Under the pieces are notes generated by a model. The model worked only from the letters and a program-made list of their open reading frames with translations. It searched no databases and had not been told where the DNA came from. DNA of 64,000 bases, from contig OZ199838.1 in NCBI GenBank assembly GCA_964304625.1, positions 962,809 through 1,026,808 of the forward strand, given 5' to 3'. Made by a program: the position numbers and the translations under genes. This DNA is from Kudoa neothunni (taxonomy: Eukaryota > Animalia > Cnidaria). Shown one piece after another: positions 13,820-26,410 of this stretch. Position 1 is the stretch's first letter. Each line of letters starts with the position of its first letter.

Positions 13820-16224
13820 TTCGATAATATCTAAGAACAACAATCACGCGATTCGTCTGTATAGTACACCGATAATTGCCGAACATTGTCGGATAAAAAT
13901 ATTTATCTATACTGTGAATTGAGTACATTTAATCATGATCTAGTAGACTACTAATACATTTGAATGGATTTAAAAATTAATTGAAACTCAAATTGATATA
14001 ATTTGGAATAAGTGTTACAACTTTTCTCACACTTTATATTAATTGGGGATCAGATCTCACGTGGTTATAAGAATGCATGCTGGTCGATTTCCATACGTTA
14101 TTGGAATTGTAAACCCATAATTTAAGAAACTGAAAATTCTATTTATTTCCAGTTAATCTTTAAATATTTTAATGGTTATAAAATATAAATTTTCCTCATC
14201 TAATTATTGGTATAAATCAAAGAGGATAATCAAGGTTGCGCATTAGTCGTCCTTGAAATAGAAATATTATCATATTACGTTTGTATTTCACATGGAATAC
14301 TTTAATTGAAACAAATATATTATTTATAATTGCCAATAATTTTAGTCGAAATTTTTGTTACAGTGAGAGATCACGTAAACAAATGTAAAATCAAACAACT
14401 GGATTAAAACAACACGAAACACATTATTAAACTCTAACGTTATATTGTTATCTTCATTTTAATGAGGATATCAAAATATTATAAGTATTATTAGTTTTGA
14501 GATTTTTTATAATTCAAACTAGTTTAATAAAATATAATTAAAGTCTTCTTTTTTATTTATTTATCCGAAAATTAATTATTTTGCTATTATATACTTTATT
14601 TTAAAAAAATAATGAAATTTGTATTATTTTTTGTTATATAATATTCAAAATAATGTTTTAATATTTTATATATATTCAGTTTAAAGCAAAGATATACATT
14701 GTTTTTCTTCTTAATCGGATAGAAAATTTTTTTATATTTTAACTCTTCACAAATTCATCCTAATTCACGTGTGTTATTGATGAAATAATTACTCAAAACA
14801 ATATAAAAATATTAATTTATCTATAAACTCTTAAGAGATTTAATTATCTAAAAATTGTCGTAAGAATTACGTTCAAGTGATTCTGAAGAATAAAGTTAAA
14901 TTTAAAATCATCACCCGAATTTCAAATAATTAATAATATTTATATAGCTAGGTCGAGGCTTCCAAATTGAGCGTCTGAGACTCATAACTTGAGTCAATGA
15001 AAAAATTGTACCACCGATTCCTGCGGAGTCGGAATCGTTCTCGGATATACACCATGTGCGACTTGTACGCTATAGAAACTGGAATATGTCTAGTAAACAA
15101 TAAACGTTTGATGAATTTTATTGGAAAATAATTCAAGTTTATAATTTAGCATTTCGTTTTATTAGTTTGAAAAATTAAAATCAACAACTTTTATGTACAA
15201 CAAATATTATAAAATTATTTTTGTTGTAGAACAAATTTTAAATATTTTCTTAAAATGTTAAAGTTTTATTATATATTTTTTTAGTATATTACATGGAAAT
15301 AAGGATTGAAGTTTAGTTATTGTTGAAAAAAACGTTTTTTAAACGTTTTTGTTAAACTATTTTCAAATCTCTATACCTTAAGTTAAGACCAATTTGAATA
15401 TAAAAAATTGTATGAACTAAAACATTACATTTACAATTGATTCATATATTTATTCTTCTCATTATATTTAGAATTTATAAAAAAAACAAAATCAAAATGC
15501 ATGCGCACGCGAGACAAATCATCTGGTTTTTTTTAAAATATTAAATGTTTGTTTCATTTATCAACTACGGTATATATTTTTCGAAAAAAAGCTTCGTTTC
15601 GATATCATTTTTGCACCAGAAAAACAAGAAAATGTCAAAAGATTACATTTTATTTAAGTTGTGTAGTTTTTATTTACACTTGGTGACTAATTAGAATATA
15701 CTACTATTTTCGTGTAATTTTAATTGATATACTCATGCGTTTAAATTTAGAACTGTTTCGTAGTATTTTTAGAAGAGATGCGGATTGGTCCTCAAAGTGG
15801 TGGTTGAACGAAAATTAAAGTAAATCCGGAAGCGCTAGGTCTGATGATAACGTTAAGAAATCAATTGTGCTTCAGATTTGTCATCTTTTAACCGAAATAA
15901 ATTTTAGTCGAAATAATTACTCTGAGTGACATAACCAATTATATAACGAAAAATCCTGCTTGATATTCAATTATATTCGAACAGAGATTCTCAGCGGATT
16001 TTTCAAATTTACACCCGTAATGTTGAAGCCAAATTCATATTTAGTTTAAGGTTTTAATATGCTCATGGTAAATTCTAATCCTAAAAATATGTACGCCCGC
16101 GTAGTGACAATTTTTAATCCCAGAAATTCTTACTAAAAATCTGTTTAGAGATTGATTTTTTTTATATTCTGCTAAATTTATTGGCGCATGAATATTATTT
16201 ACTATGCAAATAGTCACTTTAAAT

Positions 16225-16259
<35 letters not shown>

Positions 16260-17089
16260 GTGTTACATCTCTAAAAGATAAAACGGGCATATATGAAGGG
16301 GATTTATAAATAATTATTAAATAAGTATTCTTAAAATAATTTTAAACATTTCCGCCAACTTCCTATTGAATTTAATAGCCCTAAATGATATAATTACTTA
16401 GAATTCCTTAAGTATGCCTCAAATCCCTATCTAATTTTGATATTTAAAATTTATCCCCGGTCGGGGAACCATGAGTTAGAGAAAGATATTACTTTATCAT
16501 TTTAATCTTACTATTAAAGGTTTTAAATCGATCTGATTTTAACGCAGACAACAATTTCATCATTTTTCAAGCTGTATAAATAATTACTTCTAATTTTTCT
16601 TTAAGCTTTAAAGGAATAATTAACATTAAAGATTTTTAATAAATCATTTTTTTATTAATCTATATAATCCCTGCTAAAGAAACCAATAAAAACTGTTATG
16701 GTGTATTAATAGGAAAATTTAACTTTAATGAATATCCAACTTGTTGTTAGTATTAATCTTTTTGAGATTAAACATAAATTAACTTCAGTATTGAAGCGAA
16801 AATTTTTAAGCTCGAAAAAATGAAAATTTATATTAATATATTCGAAATTACACATTAATCCACATATATTCTCTATTTTTTAGATAAAATCTTACACAAT
16901 TTAAAGTAATTAACAAGTTCGGCCACGCGAAAATAGAGGGTCACATACTTTACCATTACCCCAATTAATATTTATAAAATTGTTTTATAACACTCAAAAT
17001 TAATTCACAAAAAAACAAAATCTTAAAATGTAATTTTAATTCCTAATATGACCACGTGATCCCAGGCTCGTAGGTATATCGATTCAGAG

Positions 17090-17335
17090 ATGACTAGGGA
17101 AGACAATTTCAACTCAAGGATGCGATATCTTTTGTCTACCCAAAAAATGGTTGGGAACACTGCATTTATTTCTCTATACAAAACCCCTCACGTATACGAG
17201 GGGAATGTGATTGCATTTAATCCAGATTCATCGTCGATAGCTCTTGATAATATGAAAACAAGGACCGGGATAGTGAACCATTGCAAACTACGACTATCAG
17301 ATGTTCTCCATTTTTGCACTCGAATAGATAGTTGA
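17090..17335 (+). CDS. GEMIN7: Gemin7 (SMN complex Sm-fold subunit), intronless, 81 aa
   Basis: RMRYLLSTQKMVG matches human RERYLRSLLAMVG. MKTRTGIVNHCKLRLSDVLHF matches LQTPIGVQAEALLRCSDIISY. A CACGTG lies about 35 nt upstream. Confidence 0.8.
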   Translation: MTREDNFNSRMRYLLSTQKMVGNTAFISLYKTPHVYEGNVIAFNPDSSSIALDNMKTRTGIVNHCKLRLSDVLHFCTRIDS

Positions 17336-17446
17336 ACTGAGTTCTACTGTTGAATATTATTAGTTTTGTGTGAGAATTTCAGCACGTTTTTTAATCTATG
17401 CAAACGCAGCGCCCGCAACTTTAAATTTAATCCATTGCATGTGATT

Positions 17447-18018
17447 ATGGCTAGGCTGTTTACTAGTTTTGTTCGAAATTCTCAACGTTTCCGACAATTT
17501 CATAACTCCATTAATATTCCAAGTAGATGATACGTTTGTTATCTACCCATACACTAAACGATGGTATCGTTTAGGATTGTCAACTGCTCAAACCAGAGCA
17601 TTGTGTTTTTCAAAAATGTGAGCCATATATCGCTCAACAATTTTCTATTTACATTACTAGGCGAATGGATTGTTCGAAAAACGTTTGTGTTCCGCTTTCG
17701 ATAGCGATTTCAACACTTCCAAATTGTAATTTTTAGATGATACATCCATAAGATTTTGTTCTCATCAACAACCAACTAACGATTTTGAAATTTCGTTGTG
17801 TTTTAGTGTGTAAAGATGGTTCCGGCTCAATGTCTGGCATTGTGAGTCTTATTGATGGTCTCAGTGAAGACAATGAGGATGTTCTGGGTAGCGTAGAATC
17901 GATTCCTTTATCTGTAACTGGATTTTATAACACAATAGATCCAATGGTGAGTCGTCGAGAGCAGTCAAGATTTATAGCTACAACAGGGATTAGAGTTGAA
18001 CGATCTATGTTATTTTAA
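17447..18018 (+). CDS. Small hypothetical protein with a mitochondrial-presequence-like N-terminus, multi-exon; 3' end uncertain
   Basis: Three GT-AG introns keep frame: MARLFTSFVRNSQRFRQFHNSINIP|RLSTAQTRALCFSK|MRMDCSKNVCVPLSIAISTLPN|LCKDGSGSMSGIVSLIDGLSEDNEDVL. The N-terminus is Arg/Ser-rich and lacks acidic residues. Confidence 0.55.
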
Positions 18019-18560
18019 ATGATTGCACTTGGTATCGAAATAAATATATTATTTTATCATTTTGAGAGGTGTTTATTGAGTTTTCATTCTCTCTGACGTG
18101 ATCTGCATTGAATAATCTGATTATGGCATTATTCATTTTGGAGTCTTATTGCTTTTACATTAATATGAAATTATTTACATTTTAACATTATCGAAATTTC
18201 GTACTTCTTTTAATAATACGTATAAAATTAAACAACAAATTCCATATTTGATTAAACCTTAAGCCGGTGCAAAGTATAATGCGATGGGTTTTAATTTTGC
18301 ACCTTTCAAATTTTTATATAAACTCAAATGTGTTTTATTGAGATGTTGCAACGAGTACCTTGTGTTTGGATGAGAATAAGATCCGCCCATATTGGATAAA
18401 TAAAAACGTGTGTTTATGATAATAATCTTAGCTGGAATTAATGCAATAAATCTATTCGTTATTCCGAATGCAATAGTTTCATAGGTTTTATTGAAGCGAT
18501 TTGAGTTTAGCTATAAAGTTGAATTTTAATTGAGATAGCACACTTCACAGCTGTATCCAG

Positions 18561-21411
18561 ATGGATTATAATGAAACGACTCTTTTGTTAGAATCTCAAC
18601 CATCACTCAATTCAAAAGTGGATACGATCTCGAAAGATTTCAGAATTGATTTGGTATTGGTGGTGAAATGGAACGAATTAACCGAAACACAACATTCATT
18701 TGTGGATCAATTTATGAGGGAAGCTAAAGCTGGATCAAAATTTAAAATCATCAGGGTACTCTAAATACGACCGAAATCAGTTGTCATCTCATAACTCATA
18801 GTTGGAGTCTCCAAACATAACTTTCTATTTGATTAATGGTGATTTTGAAAGTTTGTGCAAACAAGCGGAACATCTGGGTGTGATGATGCCCCTCACGGGA
18901 AATCGTCATTTATCATTGATGGGACGTAGCGGAAAACATAAGACTAAGAAAAAATGTGTTTTCTCCAAATCGACCCCTGCAGATGAGGTTCAAATTTTCA
19001 GAGTTGAAAATATTCACAAGTTTAAAAACCACAATAACACCGAATTATTCTTTTCCCAGCCGGAACGTTCATTTTTAGTAATATAGAATTTATCTATTTA
19101 AAAATAATAATAATAATACTTTGTAAATAGGTGTGGGCTATGTTGGAAGATATTACAATTTTTAATCAATCTAATGGGGAAGATTCAAAAGTTTACATCG
19201 GTAATAAAATATTTAGATTAATTAATCAATCAATTAAAAAATGTGGTTGATATTAATTATTTTTAATTCTTCAGGGTTGAGATCGTTGCGAGAAAATCAC
19301 ATTATTCATGACTTTTTTATGCTGCACAACGATGTCTACACCAACTATGTGGATCGAGACCATTACACTGAACATCACACCGTGCACATTGTAGACCATA
19401 TCCATTATCTGGATCGAATATGGCGACAACCATTCTACCGACTTCCTCTTCTTCGCATTCAAAACTATTTCGGTGTTCGAATCTCTAGATGCTACGAATG
19501 GGTTCAATACTTTGTGGACACGTTGTGGTTGATTGTGATTCTTGGTCTGTTGACTGCGTTGTATGGAGTACAGCGAACAAAGTATATTTTCCATAACACA
19601 CTATAATTGACTATTCAGCATTATAATGTAGAGTGAAAGCTTTATTTGACAATTGCTTAACCCCAATATTTTCATTTATAGTAATATTTTGGAGTAATAT
19701 TCTTATAAGAATGTCCATTGTTTTTATGTATTATTATTATTATTAAATAGGTATTTTATTTATTGAAGTGTGGAAACGAAAATACAAAACGACCAAACTG
19801 AGATGGACTCACTCCGAATTGGACTATTTTTACAACACAGTAATCCATCATAAGTGATTTTTTGCTAAATTTTATGTAATTCAGCTAGAACACATCCAAG
19901 ATAGAAGAATCACTTCGAATAAATTTCTAACGTTCCTCATTCAGCTATTTTTCACAATTATATCTGTAATTTTTTATCAACTAATACTGTCACCTTGAAT
20001 TGTTTATAGTTGGCGCTGGTTTCAAGCTCAATTTGCGTGGTGATCGTTTCCAGACTATTTTGTAGAGAGGTACTGCTGAGAAACACCATACACAAGATAT
20101 TTTTGTCGGATATCATCTCGTGTACGTTGAATGCTATTTTGGTACTTGCATTGCAACCTTTGTTAAATTATTTTTGTAAAATTATCACCGATCAAAGTAC
20201 ATTATTGAAAAGATCGATGATTCTTCTTTTACACCTTTTCAGATCATTTCTCCAGCGTTGGAAAATATCAGGACAAACTTCAAACCAACCAATTAATTTT
20301 TTCACTTATTAACAATTTCGGTTGTAGTTTCTATTTGGCCTACATTAGAAAAGTAATTGGGTGTGATTTTTAGTGAATAACATCAATAAAATTATCTAGT
20401 TTTATCGAGGTAAATACTTCTTCCTACCAAACAATTACGATGATTCGTGCGGAAAAAACGAAAACTGTTTCTATCTACTGTCACTACAACTGAATATTCT
20501 ATCGTTACTTCAACCCATAAAACGTGTTATCATGGATATTATGATCCCGTAGGTTTTCTTGGGCTCGTTTCAACGTAGATAACTTTAAATCAGATTAATC
20601 AAGGAAAAGCTGACACGGAACAAAATCAACATACCTTCAACTGCCAGCCATTCATCAATCCAACAGTCTGAATCTACCAATCGCAAAGATACTTCAGGAA
20701 ACACTCTTTTCGATCATATCATGAGGGAATATAACATGCCAAAGTTGCCAGATGTTGGAGCACTTCATTTTAAGGATAAAAGTAATTTTTTCTATTCTAA
20801 ATTTTGTATTATTATTTTTTTATAAATTCTACGTGAATTCACATTTAGTTTTGTCATTTGCTTGTATATCGGTACTTATTTCTATTTTCACGCATCGATA
20901 TTAATCGAACTGGAGTCTAGATGTTTTCAACAGCTTCTCCCATTGGACCACTTTTCATACTATTGGCAACATTCATCGACCGTCTCTGTGATTGCAAACG
21001 TTTGTTGTATGTATTCAGAAGACCATTGTTGAATAGAACTCAAACTATATGTAACTTAAACTTATAGTTTAATTCATTTCTCATTTAATATTATCAATTG
21101 ATGGAAAAAGATTCCTGGTATGATGTTTTGGAGTTGATCAGTTATGTCTCCATTATTAACAACGCATTTCTATTGGGCTTGACCTCTCAATTTGGTTACA
21201 ATGCGTCTCAAGGAAGATATTGCAGTAATTTGGCCGAAGGACAACTATCAACCCAACCAAACACCATAAATCTATGGATAATCATTGGATTTCAAGTAGA
21301 TATAATCATTGTTTTCTTGATGCATCGATCTTGTTAAAATATTAGAATGTATTACTGGCCATCAAAATTTATGCATCTTATACGAGCCCCCGAAAAGAAT
21401 TCGTAACCTGA
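18561..21411 (+). CDS. Anoctamin / TMEM16 family protein, divergent, multi-exon
   Basis: IDLVLV, FESLCKQAEHLGVMMPL, FFSQPERSFL, LPLLRIQNYFGVRI (family QPLDxIRxYFGEKI), FIEVWKRK, INNFGCSFYLAYI, CFYLLSLQL, FSTASPIGPLFILL...CDCKRLLYVFRRP, SWYDVLELISYVSIINNAFLLGLTS. Ends SPRKEFVT*. Confidence 0.9.
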
Positions 21412-22899
21412 TATACTCTTGTAGATACACAAAAATGTTTCAATACTTTATCATGAGTCTTACTGCTTTTTCCATCGCGTTGGTCGTATATTCCATACAT
21501 TTGGAATGATTACAAAAATCAAGATTCCGATAAGCATATAGATTTGGCGTGGTTCTAATTTTAAATAAATTTCTAGTTTTTTTAATTTTAATATTTTTAG
21601 AAATATAACCTACAAATCTAACGAAGAATTTAATGTGATATTAGATAAAAATATAAAATTTTCAAGTTCTAAATTAAAATATTTATTAGTTTATTTAAAA
21701 ATTATTACTCGTTATAAATGGAAATAAGATGATTATTTTTTTATTATGAAATAGAATTTAGTTGAGTTACTTTGATATAATTAAATTTATCTATGCTTTA
21801 AAACTAAAATAAGTAGATTCTCGTGATTTTTATTAGAAAAAAAAATAAAACCTAAAGTTTATGCTTCCAACATAAAACATAATTAAAGGAGTCATTATCT
21901 TAACTCACTCATGAATTAAAACACTTGTTTATTAATGTTAGTGTATATAATCTTAGAAATGGAAGACAAAACATTGTCATATTTTTTCATTTATAAAAAC
22001 TTAATTCTTGCGTAAAAACAATGCTTTTAATTATATTTATTCTAAAATCAATGATATAACTATCATAAAACTATAGAATAATTTTGATTTCGAATTTTAT
22101 TAATAACTATCGCGAACTGTCCCTCGTCGCCTGGGGAAGATTTCGCGTACAGACGTTATTTAATGCCAGTGGCTCTTAACATGAAAACGAATTTCGTCAT
22201 AACCACATAATATTATATAGTTCTGTTTACATATTTGTAATAAGACCTTTTTTAGTATAAAAATTAGAATTTTCATATGAAATTCATTCATCAAATTTTT
22301 GGCGTATTTAGCATATAACCGCATATTTTTCACACTTGTTGTAACAGTAACTTAATTTATTATTATTAATATATATATATATATGATGATAAAATTATAT
22401 TATTTAAAATTGTGAAAAAATTACTAATGGATATCTTTAACACAATATCGGATTCGTAAATCATAAATAGGGATCATATAATCACTGATTTAACTGCAAG
22501 AATATGCAAATGTTACTCAAAGTAGAAAAAATAATGCAAGAAGGATTGATACACAACGGATAAACTTTATTACAATTCAAGAATTTATAATTTAATTATG
22601 TAATTTATTATTTTTCTTTTCTTCACGATTGCATCGCAGTCACACTAAAGCTACTTAGTCTTCATACTGCTTTAGGTTTTTAGGAGGTGTAAGATCTACA
22701 TAAATGTACGATGACACGTTGAAACTGAAATCTGAACATTTAATTAGATTTGGTAGAATTATATTGCCTAATAAGTTAATATATCGTGATCTTATCGGAT
22801 CCCAATTATTTTTAAAATCTAAATTAAAATCCTCAACGTTTAGTTGTAGAGATCAGCACACACATTTTAAGATAATCATGTTAATTTCTAAGGAAGATG

Positions 22900-23960
22900 A
22901 TTTTTTGAAGGGTTATCAGCGTCAAATCTTATAATTTCACATGTTCTTTTATATTTAGAAGGCAATAGTTGTCACAGAAAAATTTTCCAAACGTGAAATT
23001 TACAAGTAATTGGCTCAGCGCTAAGGAAAAAATTAATTTAAAATTTTCTGGAGTTTCAAATCTTTATCGGTGGTTACAGAAAGTGTCTCCTCCTTTATAA
23101 ATGACAAAATAAATATTAATCCATAAATGCACCAGCTTAAAACAACTTTTTTTCATATAAATAATACAAGCACTACTTATATGATTCGTTCTATGGAAAA
23201 TTATTAGCCATTAGATATATTTTCAAAAAATGAATATATTATGAATATTACGTTTTAACGTGAATCCAGTAATTTATAGATTGTATAAACACACAGTAAT
23301 TCTATAAAAAAAGAAAAAATCTTTGCCATCTCATCATCTATAAATACCATTGTACAAAGTTAATACGCTTCCCGAGTCCGAGTTAAACATCACGGTTGTA
23401 ACACATGGCTAAAATTTTATAAATATAGTTCATTTTATTTCGATCAGAAGATATATTTTTCATATTTTGTACGGAATGAAATGTAACTATTTTACAGGTT
23501 TCTTATTGTATTCAGATTGTAGCATTTTTTGTTAACAAGCATAGAAATTAATTCCGGTCTGATTTACGTTGTGGCAGTAAACACTTGAAGTTTACTTGAT
23601 TTGTTTTGTGGTTATGTTCTAGGTATACAAATTTAACTTCAAGTGTTTTCCCATCGGAGCTCACTCCAACCGTAATATGAGTCTGATAGGTTCCCAGTAA
23701 AGTTTTATTCTCTCTTACAACCTTTCATCTATTACGATAATGATGATCAAAACAGAAAATGTACTTTATAATAGTATTTCAATTTCTTATTAAATTTTTT
23801 GGAAAGGAACTCGCTTGACATACATAACTTTTTATCTCTCTTTCTAAGTCACATCATGATTTTTCTTCGTACAACTTTATGTATTCTAGTTGACGAAAAA
23901 GGCTAAATTTGCGATTACACAAAAGAAATCACTCTCAGCACTGTCTCTATTATTTCTTAT
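22900..23960 (-). mobile_element. MULE (ZSWIM3/FAR1-like) transposase N-terminal remnant
   Basis: On -: NKKLKYYYK and HITVGVSSDGKTLEVKFVYLEHNHKTNQVNFKCLLPQRK, with the HNH of the WRKY/FAR1-like domain. Heavily disrupted; ends approximate. Confidence 0.45.
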
Positions 23961-25566
23961 TCGCGCATATAATAATTACCATAAAGAAATTTACATAAAT
24001 GTTGAAAAAGTATTATTTATTATAATCATTAATATTAAATATAAACTATAGTTATTAAAAGTTTTTTAAGTTTATTTTCAAATACTTTTACATAATTTTT
24101 TAGTCGCATCCGTTTTAAAGCATCCAAATAAGTACTATAAAATAATAGTGAGATACTGAATATCTTTTAACGAACAACAAGAAGTGTATATATGCAGGCT
24201 TTGTACTTATAATAGATTTAATTCAGTTGGGTCGATTTGAGGATGGATCATCCACTTCCAGTCTCAAAACAGCCTGGAAATACTCAATTATGATAATATA
24301 ACATCAGATATTATTTCAATGATAGTTATTTGCATATAAATAAATTATAATTTTATACTTTTACGCCACCAATTATTGTTAGAACCGACTTAAAAGGCTG
24401 ATTATTATCGTAAAATCTATATAGTAAATTTTAACACAAAAATTTAAAATTTAATAGAAAAAAATATGTTTAAGTAATAATGAAAATCATAAGCCTAACC
24501 AGTTTCAGAATTAGGAGGAATTCGTTTTCGTGGCAATTAGAAAATATATTGAAATTTCGGATTAAGCCATCGAAACAAAATAACTTAAATTTTGTAAGCA
24601 TCATACTTCAACTATTTTGATTATGAAATTTAAATTATGATCGTTTCTTTGAAGGAGTGTTCCAATCCCGGCGTTCATTTAAAAATTTCGTAGCCCGGCA
24701 CCAACGCTAAATAATTTAAGGTCAGCATCGTATTTTTGTCATTCCCGAATTATTTTGATCCTGTTAAAGTGTTGTCTAAAACGTTATTTTTGGTCCGGAG
24801 GATTTTTGGAAGTTGAATTCTGGCCCGGTTCGGGAACTGTGTGTACCACTAACTTTTAAAGAGATAGAAAAATAGAAAAAGTAATAGACAGAAGAAAACA
24901 TATGAAAATTAATTGATATTGCTAAAATTAGCGTCGCTTGATCCGTCAAAAACATTAGTGCACTTTCCCCAAACAAAAGAATAAAAATCGCTTATATATC
25001 AACATCAATAATTTATATAATTAGATGAAATAAGAGTACAACCATCTGTAATGAATTTAATCACTGAAAGTTCAACATAGCGGATGGTTTCAATTAGATC
25101 CTCGGACCCATCGCTTACGTTATAATTCTTCAATCTATTCTATTATAGCATTTTCTATCAATTCGCTATTAATAATGCAAATACTGACTTTTTCTCATAT
25201 ATTAAACCACTAATAAAACCTTCGGAGTATGTTTATCGAGGCAAATACATTAAAACTCCCCACATAGAGAGTATACCTGCACGAACATCTAAATTTACAC
25301 ACTAAATTTATATAAAAAGTCAGATAGCAACAGTTAATCATCATTTGATAGATCATATAAAGGGGAAATTAACTCCAACCAACCATCAACAGGTCATAAG
25401 CAGATGTTAATCTTACAATTTAACTCATGTAATTCGTTTAACAAACTTTGGATCAACAAAATCACTATATTCTAAACAGTTATGGGAATATTTCATAATG
25501 TGAGAACGATTTAAAGATTTTTTGAAACGTGGTAATTTCTAAAAAATTCAGAAATATCTATCTTTA

Positions 25567-25625
25567 ACAAGGGTCGACAACCTACGACTCGCGAGTCGCC
25601 TGTGGCTCCCCACCCTACGCGCTTG
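25567..25625. mobile_element. hAT (Charlie-like) MITE terminus
   Basis: CAAGGGTCGACAACCTACGACTCGCGAGTCGCCTGTGGCTC resembles Charlie/MER-type hAT ends. Confidence 0.45.
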
Positions 25626-26039
25626 ACATAAATTACAATATCTAAGGATAAAACTCGAAGAAATTATATTATTCCAAGTCGCCGAACTCGTTTTCACGTT
25701 CAAATTTTGAATTTTCATCGGACATAAATAATCATTTTTGACGGAAATATATGGGTATTGAAATGAGTGTATGGTTCTCCAATCTCACCAACTAGAACTA
25801 ATTTTCTTAATTTTCAACTTAAGAGTTTAATATAGAAATAAATGATTCAGAAAAACAAATAACGTATAAATAATAAAAAATTCCTCATAGAACATCGTCC
25901 TATGCTTATGCAATAATTAAAGAAGCAACATAACTCTAAATGATTTACTAGTCCTAAACCCTAGAAGAGAACCATATTGCTTAAAATCACTGGAAGAAAC
26001 GGATACATATAACATGGATACAAAAAGAGATAATATCGT

Positions 26040-26410
26040 TAAAATATGGAAAAAAGGTTACAAATTGCTATCGGTGTTCAACAATCATTGGAGGCGCAAA
26101 TATCTGCTTAGTCTGCGAGAAAAATACAACGAAAGCCTACTACAAAAATCGTGCTCAGATAAAATTCCTAAATAAGATAATGTGGTGTTAGTGAGAGATG
26201 AAGGTTCTAAATTTAACTGGAAAATAGCCAGGATTGTTGAAGTAAGTAAAAGTAATGACAATCTTATTAGATCTGTAATCATCAAATTCGGAAATGGGAA
26301 AACTTCCAAAAGCTCACTCTCCTATCTCTACCCTTTGGAGATAGATATATGCTAGCTTTTTGAGGGGGAGTGTTACGGATTAGTTGTTGTTTTTACATTA
26401 ATAAGTTGTA
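26040..26410 (+). mobile_element. BEL/Pao LTR retrotransposon 3' end (DUF5641-like region, polypurine tract, start of 3' LTR)
   Basis: HWRRKYLLSLREKY...IPK*DNVVLVRDEGSKFNWKIARIVEVSKSNDNLIRSVIIK...LSYLYPLEI, then GAGGGGGAG (26362-26370) followed immediately by TGTTAC. Confidence 0.8.

Noticed and set aside
16230-16480. (TAA)n tail on - as the 3' end of a non-LTR retrotransposon
   Set aside because: No convincing reverse transcriptase or endonuclease motif upstream; it may be a plain microsatellite.
19271-19594. Antisense ORFs over genes (also 2462, 3992, 30638, 40580, 46532)
   Set aside because: Shadow ORFs opposite well-supported exons, with no independent evidence.
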